A stretch of DNA of 64,000 nucleotides from Bilabrum cf. latius (taxonomy: Eukaryota), in assembly GCA_965178125.1 (NCBI GenBank), contig OZ237751.1, forward strand, positions 372,001 through 436,000. The letters run 5' to 3'. Within the stretch, counting starts at the first letter, position 1, and each line of letters starts with the position of its first letter. The notes under the pieces are model-generated. The model was given only the letters and a program-made list of their open reading frames with translations. It ran no database searches and was not told the origin of the DNA. This document shows, one piece after another, positions 37,001 through 49,000 of the stretch. The position numbers were made by a program, and so were the translations under genes.

Positions 37001-40000
37001 AGAGACTCCATCCCCGGATGAAATAGCACTATGAGAGTCAGTGGAGGTGCAATCTGCCAGCATTCCTGAGGCGGCATAATCTGGAGCAGTGGCCCACCGG
37101 TTGATGTACGTGAGCGATGCGAGCTCATAGCACGTGCCACTGCCATCTCGGGGCAAGCCCCAGCTCCCACCGTTTGTATTCGTGGGTTGCCAGTAGTACG
37201 CATAACAGTCCGGATTGTCCCGACAATTCTCATCACAGGACGCTCTAGACTGCACGGGACTAGAATCAAGAACGCTCCCTCCATTCAACATTTCAGGAGC
37301 GAGACCGCGCGATACGATGGAGCAGCGGCTAGGACTTGGGTAGCTGCGCCAACCCAATCTGATAAGAGACACCGCACCGGTAGCCACGAGCGGGGTGCTA
37401 GTTGACGAATGGCTACAAGCCTTGACCTAGTGGTCCGGAGCACCAACAGCTACCAGGTATCCGAGGTCACCAACTGCGTTGCCATTCAACGAGCCGCCAT
37501 ACCTCTGCAGAGATTCAGTTGGCCATGACGCAAGGCTGGCGTTGCTGCCTAGGCTAGCCATGGCTTGGCCGTACTGCACGTCAGTGGGTCGGCTGACAAA
37601 TTCCATCTGGATATGCTGTGCCCCTAGAAGTGCGCCCGTCACAGTCGGTACGGACTCGTACATAACCGAGCTTCCACCTGATGTGCCAGTTCGAATCTTG
37701 ATATTGGAATCAGCATCTGTACTCCAGACAGTCGTGCCAACCATAGTACTTGGTGACTAGCCGTTTGATCCGAGTTGTACGCGCTGCAAAACAAAGAACC
37801 TGTCCTTGGACCCTGATTTCTGATAAGTTGACAGGACTGCAACTGCTGGGCCAAATGCAGTGCTTGTAGCATCACCCAGCACGATAGTTTCGTAGCTGTT
37901 CCAATCGCTGGATAGAGAGCTCGACAATGGCATGATGCCGAGGGCTGCAGGTGCCAGAGATCGCATCCAGCGCGGGCCAGACCCGCTGCTAGCCGAGGCA
38001 TCGGATGCTAGCCTCGAGTGCCCTGACCACTCTTCCAACGGCTTAGCAGCACCTTCGCTTGCAAAATTGCTAGCTAGTAATTTGTACGATGCAACTGGAC
38101 TCTGACCAGCGGCTGTCCATGATGGAACACTTGCGAGCGAAGCGGCTGGATTCCCGTCATTTGGACTTACCCTGGTTTCCAGATCGAAGGTAGGCTTCTG
38201 CAGGCACAGGGCCCCAAGCTGGAGCGTGCTGTTGCACGGAACTATGTGCCACTTGCCAAGCTGAGAGTACACGCACTATGAGTGAGACGACTGCAACAAC
38301 TGATGTGCCCATTCAGACCGAGCTGCAAAGCGCTGTCGCGCCACAATCGGTGGCACGGGCACGGGGGTTGGTGGATCACTGAAACTGACGTGCTGCAGCC
38401 ACACCCAGTCTCGAGCAGTTCCTCCGGGTGATCGGACGATTGGCAGCCAGCATCCGTTGATATGGTCTGTGCAAAACAGATCAACGCCGCTAGAGTGTTC
38501 GAATACGCCTGCACCGCTACCAAAGAGCGAGAATTGCATATCTGCCCCGTCACATGCCAAGCTAGCCGAACCAGCTGTGGTGATGGTCGAGTCGCTGTAG
38601 CACTCCTGCGATTGAGGCCCAGAGACTCCACCGTTCTTGCACTCGGCATGGGCCCTGAATGAGACCTGGCGGGCGATGGGCGCTGTTGGCCGCCGGGGCT
38701 CTGTCCGGTCAGGCCGCCGAGAGCCCGTCACACAGGCCACACACGCGTATGTGGCATGCACTGGAGTCGCTGGAACCACTGCTGTCCTGATACTAGAGCC
38801 CGCAGAGAGACTTTCAGCGTGATGATGAACCAAATTAAACCCAAGCTACCCAGAGCCCTCATCAGCTTGAATGAAGCCAGGCAGGTGCAAGACAACATCT
38901 GCTGCCCGCTCCCGTGACAGATCTGGCGGGCCTATGCACGCCGCCCAAAGCAGAACTTGCCGGCTTGGGGTCAGTGCATCTGCTTCAACAGCGGCATTTA
39001 CGCCGAAACTAGCTGCAGCACATTCATGCTCGCTCACCATTAGCCTTAGACTCTCTGGGGCACCAAGTCCGACCGCTGCGGGCCTAGCATCGCGGCGTGC
39101 ACCATTCGAAGCATCCAGTGCCCAGACCTCGTTCCCCTGAAGGCTGCGGCCAGCCTCAGCACTGAAGACCAGTCTTGGCATGAGATTTTCCCCAAGCAGC
39201 TGAGTTGCTGTCTGGGTCGGCACGCTCGTCCCAAACAGCAAAACTGCGTCATGCGTCAGATTGCCTCCGCACCCAACTACATTGTGGGAATGGTACGGGC
39301 ATCGAATTGCCGAATCCAAACCTGCATGCAGTAAGCCATTGTGAGACGCAAGACTGCGACTGATAAGTTCATGCAGATCTGTGAGAGTGCGCCCGAGTGC
39401 CATTTTGAGTGCGTCGCTGTGATTCGAGCGAGATGCGTCTTGGATACGACCAAGCATCCGCACAACCGGAATTCGCCCATGCGGACTGAGAGGCCACAGC
39501 CGAGAGTGCGGCTTCAGTCGCTCGCCATCAGCAGTATTGACGGCAGCTGCGATGCTGAGTACAGTTGAGTTTAATTCTCCAAGGTCTTGAATTACCACGT
39601 GGGATGGGCCAACTGAAAGGCCGGGCCCGCAGCGGCTCCCACCGTCAGATCGAGCAGTGCATGCAAGCCGCAACTGCCCGGCATCAATCGCAGCGGCAGA
39701 CACCGCATTATGCCCGACCACACTTGCTCTTGTTGCATACAGGGCTCCGTGCATATCTTCCATCGCGCTACCGTCCGCAGCAAGCCCCGGCTCCTCGCTC
39801 AATCGAAGGCTCCAGACAGCATCCACAACGGCAGCGGTCGAGTTCAGTCCGCTCGATAGGCTCTCCTAGGCCTACACGTCAAAGACCAACACCTAGGTAG
39901 ATTCGCCCCCAGATGCACACCCAGAGTCCACACGGACCAGCACCTGCGTGCCATTGAACGCATGTGAATCTAGACTGGCAGGGTCCGCTGCTCCTCGTGC

Positions 40001-43000
40001 CATCCACTGGCCGAGCCGAGCGCCGCATGCTGTGGCGTAGCCTGGCAGAGCTACATCGAGCGACTACCAAGCCCGCACGTGTATCTCCGCTGGAGTGTGC
40101 AGGCTGGCGTCCAGCTCAAGAACCTGGATAACACCTTGGCCTTCAAACGCACCCGGGGCACCAACTGCAAGCAAGCATCCGTCGGGGCCTAGCATGGCAC
40201 CATGAGTCTCAGTCTGAAAGAACGCAGACGGTTCGAGTGGCTGGCAATGCAGCCATAGCACAGATTGTCCCCAATCTGCAGGTCCACCAGTCGACTAGAC
40301 CGAAGGAACACCCTGCTTGCCTGGCTCCAGAGCCACAGCGGTTGACCCGGGTGGCAGCATGTATTCATCCCCATCTGCGCTCCTTGCCACTCTAGCGTCC
40401 GGCAGGTATGGATCACTCGATATAGGCGCTGCCCGTGCGCGTAGTTGGTTTGCCACACTTGGAATCAATACGATCCAGGCCCTTCCTACTTCAGGCACAT
40501 CGCTGCGTGAATTGCTGGTACTTTCTCCAATTGCAAGCAGTGCAGTGAGAGGCAGCTGCACCGCTCCCCGTAGGCCGCCATCTGTGAGGGCAGACGAGAG
40601 GAGGGTGAAGCTGAAACTAGATCCCAGCTGCCGGTTGGCGTTGGATGCGGCCACGGAGCTATTCCAGGTCTTGCCAGTCAGAAGATGCAGGAGCTGGAGA
40701 TTTGCTCGAGCGATTTCTGATGTCTCAATCCCACCCCCCATGGACGGTGGCAGGCGATGGAGCGAACGAAGAGACAACACACCCTCAATAGCCCCAGGAT
40801 TGTGTGGAAAAGGTACCAGCAGCTGATGGGCTACCATCAAAGACTATGCATGAAGCGGCTAGGTGCCAACCCAAGGCACCGAAGACCCCGTCGATTGACC
40901 AGCAGCTGGATTCATGGATACACGTACCCCATGCTACACCAACTCGCTACCTGCAAGTGTCCTATATCCGCGGACGGGCATCTCACATACAGCCTGGCTC
41001 ATGCCCTCAAGGCAATTCTCAACGAATGAAAGCTCGCCGCCCTTGGAAAGATCAATGATCCAGCAGCTTGAATTACCTGTGGACGACACGGTGAGGCCAA
41101 ACTACCCCGGCTTTGTCGCAGTCGACACCGGCCTCCACGGTGCCGGACCTATGCAGGCTTTGCAGGGCAATGGGACGTCGTGATCTACCGAGACCTCGGA
41201 TGACAGCAGCACGCCGGGAGTGGAGGCATCTCCCTCGATGGCGGAGAGAAGGTCAGCGCACTCACTGCAGATGCCTAGATGCGCGGAACTGGCGTTGGAT
41301 TGAAGAATCACATACGCCTGGCCGATCTGGGCATTCTATGGAACCCTTAGTAGCTACTATATGAACATTAACTCGGCAAAGGAGTCTACCACTGCAACGC
41401 CAGCTCCTTCTGCTCTCGATAGAAGTCCTTGGTATCGACAGCTGTGATCAGCCTCACCGATCCCTGCTGCACCGTACGAAGTGGTTCGGTAGCACGACCA
41501 CAGGGCCGCTGGAGACTGACCCCATGCCCACCGCCGAGAGCCTCCCAGCACCCAACCCTCGGGACATATCCTTGGCGACGCGTAAGCTAGGAATGAGTCT
41601 GGGACCTGCATGGCAGAAACGGTGCCATGCGTCTCGTTGCATGGGATACACTGGCCTTCAATTTGTTGCTTTTGGCCTGCTTGGCATGCCAACGGCGGCT
41701 TCTCACACACGTACCGGCGCTGGTCATTGCACCGAGTCGAGATCCAGAGACCCCCTTCCGTATATCTGCCGCAGTTGTGCATGCTTCCAGCGGTTGGATG
41801 ACCTTGCACCCAGTTATTTGCTCCTCCATTGGCAATCAACAAACCGTCTTCCTCAATCCACTCCCACTGTTCAGCCACAACGAGATCATGAGCACCATGC
41901 CAACACTCTGAAGTGCCGGTTTCTCTCACACAAAAAGCATACACGTCTAGAGACTCATGCAGGGAGTTCAATGTGACCAGATGACTGCCTTGTGTCTAGC
42001 AGGCGTCACGGGCTTCGGTCCAATTCTTCCTTTCGGACCCAATCTGGTAGCAGCTGCTGCCATCCACTGCCGGAGACCAGCCTACAGGGCAACTGGGTTG
42101 TGCGACACTGGGGCACACTCCTTGCAGCGGTTCTAGCTAGTGGGTGCCATGCAGCTCGTGGTTTGCATGACTCATTGTGCGGCTGGCATTGTCACTGCCA
42201 GTGGTCGCAGTGTCAGCGGAGAGAGTAGGATGAGCTGCAGCCAATGATCCATTGGTGCTAGCAACGGAAAGAAGCTCGAGATGCTTGCCGACCTCGATAC
42301 CCTTGCCGGTGCCACCACTCAGTAACACCTGCAGGGTACCCAGCTAGGCCTAGTAGTCCACATGTGAATCCGGCCAGGAAGGTAATCGCACGACGTCGAA
42401 GACAGTGCCAGCCGGCCGAGTTCCACCATCATTGGATGGGCTCAAAGCGATATCGGCCTAGCCAATTGACGTACTATCATTAAAAGACCCGACATCGAGC
42501 ATGCTGGCACCATATCGCACGCACCAAGCGCACTTAAACGAGATCCATTGTGACTCTGCTTCGATGGCAAGGCCGCGTCTGAGGAGAATCTCGGCGTGGG
42601 CTACTAGCTCACCGTCGCTCCCAGGAATCACAGAGGTGAGATCTCGAACCAAATCATGGGCCGATGGCATGCCTAGGCAGACGACATAGAGGGTGTCATC
42701 TGAGTGACTTGAGTCCTCCTGAAACTCGATGCTGGACGACTCGCATGACACCCCACCGATCGCAACCACAATGGACTACTAATTAGCACCCAAAAATGAA
42801 GCACCTGTGCTGATGTAGTTGATTTGCATCCTTTGCTCCGCATTCATGCGCAGAAGAAAGCCGATCGAAGACGAACCATGACCAAGTTTACCCGGAACAT
42901 GGCAGCTCTGTGCGGTGCCCAGATCCTCCCGATGCCCCGATGGCCATGATGAATAACTCTTGCGCCAGAATCCCACCGCCGACTGGCTGTTTGAATTCAG

Positions 43001-46000
43001 TGTACCGTTGGTGAAGTTCTCAGCAGCACTAATCCATGAGGCGTGGCAGACTGGGGCAATGAGGGAGCTTGCCGGGCTTTTCGCGGCTTCTTCGGTCCTG
43101 TGCACCGCAGACATTAGGATAGCTGAAGCAGAGTCAATGAACTTGAGTACAGCAGCTGATCTCGTTGGAGCCCATCCACCCCAGCCTCTGTCCCACTCTG
43201 CAGCACTCATTCCGACCTGCAATCCCACAAGACCTCCTGGGTTGCCTTCGCGGCTGGAGTCAAGGTACACGCCCGCGGTGCTGGTGGCAATCGAGCCGCT
43301 CCCACCTGGCACTGCGGGCACGTCCAAGAATCGAGACGCGGCTTCAATGCTGTGGCCCCTTTGTCTTTGATCCTCGTACGCAGCTAGAGAAGCCTAAACC
43401 TGTGTCGTAAGGTTGTACAGAATTTGCGGCCCCCTCATGTACTACTGCCCAACCCCTCTTGCGTCCTGTGGAGCTGGCCATGCCGTAAGAGCGAGCTAAT
43501 CAAGTCCATCTAGGTACAGTGTCGCAGAAGCTCCGTTGTCTGGCGAGGACAGCAAAAGTATCGGCTGCATGCTCACGACATGTGCCTCACCACATGCTAG
43601 AGCGTACATGCGATCAGCGACGTTCCAGCGCTCTAAAGCCTCTGAGGAACGAGCTGGGGCTGCCGTGGAATTAAATGTAGCCTCAATCATGCTAGACATT
43701 CGAAGAGATGCGTAGAGGCTGTCACAGTCAGCATCTGGTGCCTCTGAGCTTCCACTGCTTGGTCCTGTGCGCACCCGTGCACCAGGGAGAAGGGCTCGCG
43801 AGAGGGGCGCGTCATGCCCATCCTGCTGCAGTGGGAATGATGGCTGGAAGATCGGAACGGCTGTCACTAGCTTGAACGTAGTATTAGAAGGTCTCTAATC
43901 TGCTAGACCTTTGTTCCTTGGAAGACTCGAAGACTCAATCACGGCCAGAACTGCCGCAGGTTGCTGCTGGCCAGAAATCTGCAACGCCGCCATTTCGCAG
44001 ACAGGCACGAACAGTCGATTTTGGTCAAAGCAGGGCCAGCTGCCAACACGATAGCTGTTTCCAGACCTTGTCGCTAGCGCGCATCGCCCCTCTTGAACAT
44101 CTTCGAGCGAGTTTTGACTGCCGCAGTACCAGCGGTGCTCAGTCCCACCGGACAGAGACCCTGCACCAATCCATGCCCAGAAATTCTAGCCGGCTTGGCC
44201 AAGGGCAGCGCTAAATGCCTGCCGACTGTCAGCATCAGAAGGCGGAGAGCACACAAGGTGGGCAGGCGGAAGCTCGATAGGGCCTAGAGTAGTGCACGCC
44301 TCTTCTGCTTGTCCAAAGCTCAGTTTATTCGGGCCGACTTTATAGCAGTGGTCCGTGCTGTAGGAGTTGCTGCCAATATTGAAATCTCCGCCATACCACC
44401 CCGTTGGGCATTTGTTTTTCTTGATCATCGCCTACGAAGACTCATGAATCTCTTCAAATCCTACGGCGAGCACAGTGCGATGGACAGTGCTGCTTGCAAA
44501 TCCATCAATCGGATCAAACAGCTAAGGCCCGTCTCCTGACGAGCCGATCATCGCCGGAACGTGGTCAACCTATGCAACCAGCGCGATTGACTGTCCAAAC
44601 CCCTGAATCGTTGCATCGGCGGGCGACCTGCTGGCAGCAACACCTGCCCCACCTACGCCTACGACCCACGGGTACTTTCGCGCTAAACCAGGGCCCGCGT
44701 CATCTGGATACATAGGATCGATTCGGGTAGCATGCGTGGCGGTGTACGATCTGCCAAAACGAGTGTGCTCGAAGACAACAGATACGACCACAACGGCTCC
44801 AATTCCGTGGTAGGCACCTGGTGCACCGACTGCGAGCTGCAGGAAGCCAGACTAACCTAACGTGTCACCGTTCTCCTGCTCCATGACTGCCATGCTGGCG
44901 CCAAACCTGCTCTCTTCAGCACAATCCAACGTGCCCTCTAGAGCCTCAGTGGTGGGAACTCCATTATATCCGCATGGCGTCAGGCGAAGCAGCACGTCAA
45001 CGTGACTGCTTGCAGTCCCAACCCCTTGGTGAAGCGAACCGGTGAGAGCAAATTGCGGCTGCATGAGGATGGATAGAACAAGCACCTCGCCTGTCTTACT
45101 TGCTGAATGGGCCCCTGGTGCACCAGCCAAGACTATTGATTCGAGTGGAACTGACTCAGAGTATCCGCCAGAAGTTCCGAGCGCAATCATGCTCGCCCCC
45201 AGGCCTGCTTCGATGCCACCGGTGGTGGTGCTGCAGCAAGCCTGCTACCCCTGTGACCAAGCCGACGTGCCGTTCTGGCTAGCGTTCGAACTTGAACTAG
45301 ATGCAGTACCAGCGGGAGCTGGTGCTGTTGCAGTGGTGACATTGCAGCACGGTCCGTTCGTAATTGCCGTTACACCGATCACTTGCACTCCAATGGTCGT
45401 GCCGCGTGATTGGAGTGCGGATTCAGGCGCGGACACTCGAGCAAACGGTGCAAGCAACACAACGGTAATACCCTAGAGAGTGCCATCGCGCTGGCCAGAT
45501 TGCTGCACCCCAATCAATGCAATAGAAACACTTCGAGAAATTACATGAAGGCTATCCCTAGGCGCCTAGTCGATACGACGAAGTGCAAAGTGCCTTCCTG
45601 TCCGCTCCAAGCTCTGAGCTGAAATCGGTACACTCATTGTAGCAGCAGATGCATTGCTAGGGTTCGTGGGTGGCGCGGTTAGGACTAGCCCAGTAGCCAC
45701 GAGCTCAGTTGCCGTCGCATTCATTGTGCCTGCGATATCGTTGCAACGCGTCGCATTGTCCATCTGTCGAGCTCGTCGGCATGCGCCTACCTCAAGGGCA
45801 GGAGTCAGGTCCAGCAAAGATGATATCTCCTGGAAAACATCAGGTGTCACGTCAGGAACTAAGCCCTTGGTACGTAAAAGAGGCAGGACTAGCGGTGCTG
45901 CTTCGAACATAACGCTCTGTGCGGTTTCAAAGGACCCAGATAGCACGGCTGCCGATGAGCCAGAGCCAGCCATCGCAGAAACGTTCACACCATTTGCCTC

Positions 46001-49000
46001 ATCGAGCTGCACGCATCCTGGGCACGCGACTTTGACTGTACCTACGACAGACTCGCGACCGTTGAATGGACCCGAGCTGGCCATGCAGCGAGGATCGTTC
46101 GCAGGCAGAGCAAGCCCCTGCCTTAGCTCCTCTGAAGCAAGAGCAGTGTCGTGCCACGCACCCACGCTGCACCCATCCACGATCACATCATAGGCCACAG
46201 TCACATCTGCAGGCCTATTCGTGGGCAAACCAGGAACATCAGGACCTTGTGGGAGACCCAAGCACATGGCCCACGCCCACCCACCCGAGTCTTCCCAAGG
46301 TCCCACCGCCACCTCGTGCTTGCCATCTTCCAGCAGCACCCTGGTGCGGTTGCGCACTACCCCCGGCCAAGGACCCATGGCTGCCACATCACAAGGCAGG
46401 CCGTTCACCATCACGTGCCGCAGGACAGCCCGGGCTCGACGTGATCCGAACATGGTTAGAGGTGGGAGTCGCTGGATGGACTCTTCCGCACGGCTGTGGT
46501 CATCGTGGTTCAACTATGGCGGCCACATTCGGAGCATCCCGCGAGGCATTTCTTCGGAAGCGTTTCGAATCAAACCAATCGACTATGGTGACATGCGATG
46601 CACAATGCTCGCGTTCTCGCCGGTTACACTAGGATCGATCCCGACCACCTCCAAGCCCGCAACCTCCACACCGGCTGGCATCCTAAGGGCGAGGAAGAAG
46701 CCAGACGATCCAGATCCATCTGTAGGTTTGGATGAACTCTTCCGTACAGACACTGAGAAAACACTCCGGCTGCTCTTTCCCGTCGTACTGCTAGTGGGCA
46801 GGATCAGGCCAAAACTGCGAGAGCCGTTCGTTGCAGACCAAGGCGATAGCAGCTGCCCAAAGGCTGCATCTCTGAGGATACCTGCTAAGTTCTTCTCTAT
46901 CGTTTCATCGACTCCATTGGCAGGGATGGCAGCTGGAATGGTGCCATTTGGTCCCTGTCTTTGCACTGAGCGAGTCATGTTCTCATTGCTCGAGGCAACA
47001 ACGCCACCCGGTCTGAGCCAGGCGTTGCTCAGGCGACCCATCATCTCATTGATGATGGAAACGCTCAGACCAGAGTCCAGCGGTGAAACTTCTGCTAGTT
47101 GGACCAATGAATCAACGCAACCCTACCCAAGGATCTGTTGAACCCTACCGTTCTGCTCCGAACGGGAGGCGATGCCATTTACGTCATGCAGTGGGAGCTG
47201 CAGTGCCGCCAAGACTGACGACGGCTAGCATTCGCCCGGGAGGCCTCCTCGCCCTATTGGCTGGTTCAGTGAGCCACTCGGTGAGGCACTGAAGGACCGA
47301 TTGCCGAGCGCGAGCTCCGGATGTCCGTCCAGTTCCTGCAAGCCGGGCTGGATCTCCGGGGCGCAGCCAGGCGTGCCAGTGTGCACTGCGTGATTATCCT
47401 TGTCTGTGGATGCCCCGTTGACACCGAATCCAAGGCATGGTCCTGCCTCGATGGTGCTCTTGGAGCTGTACTGTTCCATCGCAGGCTCGTGAGCGCGTGC
47501 AATTTTCTGATAGATCGGGACGGCTCCGCCCGCATGCGCTGCACCGTAGTACCGAAGGCCGTTGAGGGCAGCAGGGGGACTTGAAATGATCATCTCTGGG
47601 AATGAAGGGACCGACTGCAGAGGCGCACCCTACTGGGCGCTTGCATTTGTCTCCAGAGTCGGCGCTTGCAGCACCCATGGGACGTGGATTGCAGGAGTGG
47701 CAACTGAATCTGTCCAATCGTTCGGTGCGCTGTGGTGAGCTGTCTCGTTGATCACGAGAATGCCACTAGCAGGGGCCACGCACGGATCAGCCGCAGCCAG
47801 CCAGCTCTCTAGCGTATCGTTGAATAGCTGCCCACCTGCTGCGAGGCCGCCCGATTCAACGCGCCACAGCTGCCGCTCAAGATGTCGGCACCGTGGCTCC
47901 ATCGAGTTCAGGTGTTGCTTCGCGGGCCTGTCTCTGCGACTTGCGCCGGGACGACCCCCAAGGCTGGCAGATCCAGAGCCCAGCCCAGGCGGAAACAGCC
48001 AAAGCCGGCCGGTTGCGTTGTTCCCTGACATGGCACTCCGCAGGTCTCCATCGGTCGACTTGGTCTTGGCCTCAAAAACTCTCCAGACCATGCCCTCGTC
48101 CGGATGCCCTGCGTCTGCTAAAGGTGCAAAGCCGGGGATGATGTCAGATGTCTAGATCAGAGTGACTCCGGCATCCATAGGCGAGGGCACGCCGCCCACT
48201 GTCTGCGGCTCGTCGCTGCCAGACATGAGCTTCAGAGTATCGAGCGCCCTGCGGTACAGGCCGCCGAGCCCCACGCTGCCCAGCGAGACCAGCGGAGACA
48301 CCGCCTCAGCAGCCGACTACACGGTGGCATGGATTGGCCGCAGGCAGTAAGCATCCCTGCTTCCACTCGATCCCATCTGGTACCAATCGATGCTTGCCAC
48401 CCCAGTGTCCCGATAGGCAATCTCATCGTGGTCTTGGGCCAGAAAGTAGTTGCGGACCAAGTTGACACGATCGCCGGTTCCAGTTCCAATCCAGGAAGCT
48501 GGACCCACAGGCGGAGCATCGCTTGGGATGCCCCCGCCCTGCTAGGCGCTGCCATCGTCTACTCGCCGGTACGGGCTGTTATTACCCGCCGAGACCAGCC
48601 CGAGCTCGACCTTGTGACTGCCGCTGATGGAGGCCATGAACTTGGCTCCCATGACCGTGCGAGGGGCTGCCAGCACGCCGGCAAATTCCCCTCGATGACA
48701 GTCGGCCCAAGCTGCCGCCCGATTCGCGCTATGTAGCACCGCAGCGCACATGGTGGGATCCTCCGGCCACACGACAGACGGGTGCATATGCCCAGTTCCT
48801 GCAGTCAGGTTGCAGTGTGCGGGGGCGCTGCTGGGCAGGCGGTGGCGCGTGGCACTGACTGCCAGAAGGGCGCGCGGGCCATGCAGTAGGGCGCTGTTCT
48901 GCTTGGCCAGCTGGACCACCTGTGAAGCCTAGTCGCCTGAACGAGCTCCTCCTCTTCCAGTGGCGGCCGGCTCGACCGCGGCCTCCCGTCCGTGCACTAC